Shown: positions 60,926-64,000 of the stretch, piece by piece
Position numbering within the stretch: the first letter of the stretch is position 1
Layout: the number at the start of each line of letters is the position of its first letter
Source: Nitrososphaeraceae archaeon
Lineage (GTDB): Archaea; Thermoproteota; Nitrososphaeria; Nitrososphaerales; Nitrososphaeraceae
Reading direction: 5' to 3'
DNA: 64,000 nt
Assembly (NCBI GenBank): GCA_035297365.1
Contig: DATGZA010000063.1
Span: forward strand, 1-64,000
Position numbers and translations under genes: made by a program
The notes under the pieces: model-generated
Database searches by the model: none
Told to the model about the DNA's origin: nothing
What the model saw: only the letters and a program-made list of their open reading frames with translations

Positions 60926-63451
60926 TTATAGAATGAAATATTCTGCCTCAGGATGATGCACTACTATAGCAGCAGTGGACTGGTCTGGTATTATCTGTCC
61001 AGATTCTGTTAAAGTCATTCCTGATTTTGACGGATCTAAAAGAGTCCATACTAACTTATGTTGAGAAATGTCTGGGCAGCTCGGATATCCCCAGCTATAC
61101 CTAAGACCACGATTAGATTCAAGTTTTAGATCTTTACGGATTAAGTTGTTAGTCCAATCAGCTAATGCTTCAGCAGTTTCAACTGCAAGACCATGTAAAA
61201 AATATGCGTCAGTATATAGATTTTCTAAATTCCATTTTTCGATAATCTCAGAAACCTTCACTCCCACTGTAACTGCTTGAAATGCCACGATGTCTTCCTT
61301 CCCAAAATAGTCAGTTATGCACAGGTTTTTTCTCTTTGTAGAACGCGGAAAGTCAAATACAACCTGATTACCGTCCGGAGAATCAACAACAAGTTTATTT
61401 CCGTTGTTATGACATCTAAAGTAGCCATACACTACTTTAGGTGAAAATAGATCTTCATCTATAACTTTTTTTTTCCATTCTATAAATAACTTTTCTGATT
61501 CATCAGATAATCCCTTTGCTGCCTTTCCCCGAAAACTCCAGGAAAGAACAAAAAGCGATTTTTTATTTATGAATTTCCACACTTCGTTGAGGTCGATACT
61601 CTCTGTTTCAAGTCTAATAGGGATATTAATATGAGGGGGTATTGGAGGTTCAACTGGTTTGATGCCGCTATGTGGAAGTATTTTTTCAGTTGTCTCTATC
61701 GCAATTTTTGATTCTTTCCATTGCTGTAATCTTTGTCTCCAATTTAGTACATATTGATCTCTGGTATCAGACATTATATTGTTGATTACATTTAATCCTT
61801 CGAAGGCGGTCTTGCAATAGAAGACACCTGGTTCATAAATTTTTTTTTCTTTAGCAATTCTGTTAATATAATTACTGTTTATTGCGGCTCCTCCACACAA
61901 TACGGGTATCCTCAAATTATGTTCTTTTGCGTAATCTACAAATATCTGCATCTGTTTTGATGTTGACACCAAAAGCGCAGAAAGTCCAACTGCATCTGCT
62001 TTTACTTCTTCAATTTTCTCAAGAATATTTTGTAATGGAACCTGTTTACCAAGGTCATATACTGAATATCCGTTATTTGTCAAGATAGTTTTAACTAGAT
62101 TCTTTCCAATATCATGAACATCACCATAAACAGTACATAATACAATCTTACCTTTTGATACATCTTTCTGTTTAATGAGATATTTTTCGAGCTCCGCAAC
62201 AGCTGCCTTCATACATTCTGCAGATTTAAGAACAAATGGTAAAATAATTTCTCCCGCTCCAAATTTATCTCCGACTTCTTTCATTGCTGGAAGAAGAGTA
62301 TCATTTAGAGTCTGGACAGCAGCATCATGAATATCTTGTTTAGAAACAACGTCAAAAAGTATCTCAAGAGAGTCTATCTTCGTTCCTTGTTCTTCTTTAT
62401 TCTTATTTGTTATATTGTCCTTTATTGCGCCAATTACATCTCGCTCAATACCATCTGGTAATCTGTTAACAATTCTATAGTAACATTTTTTATCATAACT
62501 CCATTTAGGATCTAAATCTAATTTTGTAATCTTTCCTATTCCCTGATTTGAGTCCTTTTTGTTTTCAAAATAAGATATTAATTCAGCTAACGCATTATTA
62601 TTCAGATTAAAAATCAGATTTTCAACGAGTTCCCTTTCCTTAGGAACAATATCACTATATGCTACTATGTCTTTAGGATTTATTATCACCGAATCCAATC
62701 CGGCTTTTATTGCATGATATAAAAAGACTGAATTAACTATTTTCCTTGCTTGAATTGGAAGTCCAAAACTAACATTGCTTAAACCTAGCGTGGTAAAGCA
62801 GCTGGGAAGATTTTGTTTTACAAGGCGGACACCTTCTAATGTATTTTTTGCAGAATCAAGAAATTCTTCCTGTCCCGTAGCCAAAGTAAATGTTAATACA
62901 TCAAAAAGGAATTGCCAGGGTTTTAAACCATATTTCTTTCCTGTTTCAAATAAGAGCTGGGCAGTTTCTAGTTTCTCTTGTGGGGTCTTAGCCATTCCCT
63001 TTGGACCAATACACATTGCAATTGCTGGTAATCCATATTTTGCCATAAGAGGTGCTAAAAGATGATATCTGCTTCCATCTCCTTCCAAATTTATTGAATT
63101 TATTATTGGTCTTCCTGGAATCTGTTTAATTGCTGCTTCTACTACAATAGGATCTGTAGAATCTATTACCAACGGTGCTTCGATTTCTAAACTTAGTCTT
63201 TTGACTAGTTTACACATGAAATCGAGTTCGTCGGATCGTTCAGTAGTAGCAACACACACATCTAAACAATGAGCTCCTTCCTCAACCTGTGTTCTTGCTA
63301 AATTTACTAACCCATCAATATCATCACGTAATACCATATCCTTGGCTTTTCTTGAGCCTTGACTGTTTACACGTTCTCCAATAATAAGTGGAGGTGGATT
63401 TTGTTGTATATCTACTGCATTTAATGCAGAACTAATTCTTGGGATCATCAA
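60926..63451 (-). CDS. metH: Cobalamin-dependent methionine synthase, folate-, B12- and activation-domain subunit
   Basis: IGERVN..GSRK, IDST, GLSNVSFG, GDVHDIGKN, SALL and RYSWGYPSCPD. Confidence 0.95.
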   Translation of the reverse strand: MMIPRISSALNAVDIQQNPPPLIIGERVNSQGSRKAKDMVLRDDIDGLVNLARTQVEEGAHCLDVCVATTERSDELDFMCKLVKRLSLEIEAPLVIDSTDPIVVEAAIKQIPGRPIINSINLEGDGSRYHLLAPLMAKYGLPAIAMCIGPKGMAKTPQEKLETAQLLFETGKKYGLKPWQFLFDVLTFTLATGQEEFLDSAKNTLEGVRLVKQNLPSCFTTLGLSNVSFGLPIQARKIVNSVFLYHAIKAGLDSVIINPKDIVAYSDIVPKERELVENLIFNLNNNALAELISYFENKKDSNQGIGKITKLDLDPKWSYDKKCYYRIVNRLPDGIERDVIGAIKDNITNKNKEEQGTKIDSLEILFDVVSKQDIHDAAVQTLNDTLLPAMKEVGDKFGAGEIILPFVLKSAECMKAAVAELEKYLIKQKDVSKGKIVLCTVYGDVHDIGKNLVKTILTNNGYSVYDLGKQVPLQNILEKIEEVKADAVGLSALLVSTSKQMQIFVDYAKEHNLRIPVLCGGAAINSNYINRIAKEKKIYEPGVFYCKTAFEGLNVINNIMSDTRDQYVLNWRQRLQQWKESKIAIETTEKILPHSGIKPVEPPIPPHINIPIRLETESIDLNEVWKFINKKSLFVLSWSFRGKAAKGLSDESEKLFIEWKKKVIDEDLFSPKVVYGYFRCHNNGNKLVVDSPDGNQVVFDFPRSTKRKNLCITDYFGKEDIVAFQAVTVGVKVSEIIEKWNLENLYTDAYFLHGLAVETAEALADWTNNLIRKDLKLESNRGLRYSWGYPSCPDISQHKLVWTLLDPSKSGMTLTESGQIIPDQSTAAIVVHHPEAEYFIL

Positions 63452-63562
63452 ATTTTCTATCCTCGCTAATATCTATTTCCTCTTTAATTGAGTATACAGA
63501 GTAATATTCGTTTTAATAATCATATAAAGTATTGATAACAATGAATCATTCTGAAGGTTTAG

Positions 63563-64000
63563 TTAGGTTTGTTTATTATCATTTTTATAATATTTATTAA
63601 GCATTTTGTGTAATTGTGAAATGTGCTCAGGTGTTGTACCACAACAGCCTCCTATGATTCTGACTTTCTGAAATTTTAATATGAACTCCTCTAATTTTTT
63701 CCTCAATTGTTCTGGTGTCATCTTGTAGACTGCTTTACCTCCATCATTAAGTGGCATTCCTGCATTGGGAACTATCAATAGAGGAAGGTCATTTTGTTCA
63801 TTTAACCATATTACGCTAGGAGTCATCTCATCTGGACCTGTGGAACAGTTTAACCCAAAGACATCAATTCCCATATCACTAACAGTTGTAAATGCTGCTT
63901 GCACATTGGTTCCAAGAAGCATCTTTCCGTATTGGTCCAAAGTAACATTCGCAATGAGTGCAACCTTCTTTCCTAGTTTAGACATTGTATTCCTGCATGC
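63563..64000 (-). CDS. metH: Methionine synthase homocysteine-binding subunit (partial; begins beyond the window)
   Basis: GLNCSTGP, PNAGMP and GGCCGTTPEHI; stop at 63563. Confidence 0.92.
   Translation of the reverse strand, partial: ACRNTMSKLGKKVALIANVTLDQYGKMLLGTNVQAAFTTVSDMGIDVFGLNCSTGPDEMTPSVIWLNEQNDLPLLIVPNAGMPLNDGGKAVYKMTPEQLRKKLEEFILKFQKVRIIGGCCGTTPEHISQLHKMLNKYYKNDNKQT

Noticed and set aside
39897-63065. Many 60-160 aa ORFs antisense to or overlapping lys/arg, ebo-like, trpA and metH genes
   Set aside because: Shadow ORFs of well-supported genes; 47586-47813 is antisense to the real lysW

Overview
AT-rich archaeal chromosome segment, most consistent with a soil-type ammonia-oxidising archaeon (Nitrososphaeraceae, Nitrosocosmicus-like; inferred from gene content). 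Left half (~1-31 kb): a low-density, decaying accessory region. It holds signalling genes (two class III nucleotidyl cyclases, KaiC-like ATPase, histidine kinase), an F420 oxidoreductase, EndoV, a ZIP transporter, many pseudogenes (integrase, primase-like, Mn-catalase, P450 scrap, ferritin-like), an IS6 element with target duplication and an IS5 remnant. It also carries a dispersed intergenic ~50-85 bp repeat (core CTA-NNACAT-TAGACTC, 8 copies, 7 co-oriented) whose first copy lies just upstream of a decayed tyrosine-integrase-like gene; this is the best candidate for an undescribed system. Right half: mostly core genome. It has tRNA-Gly, -Ile and -Leu (with intron), NOB1, NAD kinase, dph5, and a LysW-type Lys/Arg cluster with two lysW genes missed by the ORF track, one ending in non-canonical EDWGQ. 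It also has an ebo-like triad, egtD/egtB, trpC/B/A and a split metH. Protein assignments come from motif recognition only; no database searches were run. No CRISPR array or rRNA was seen.
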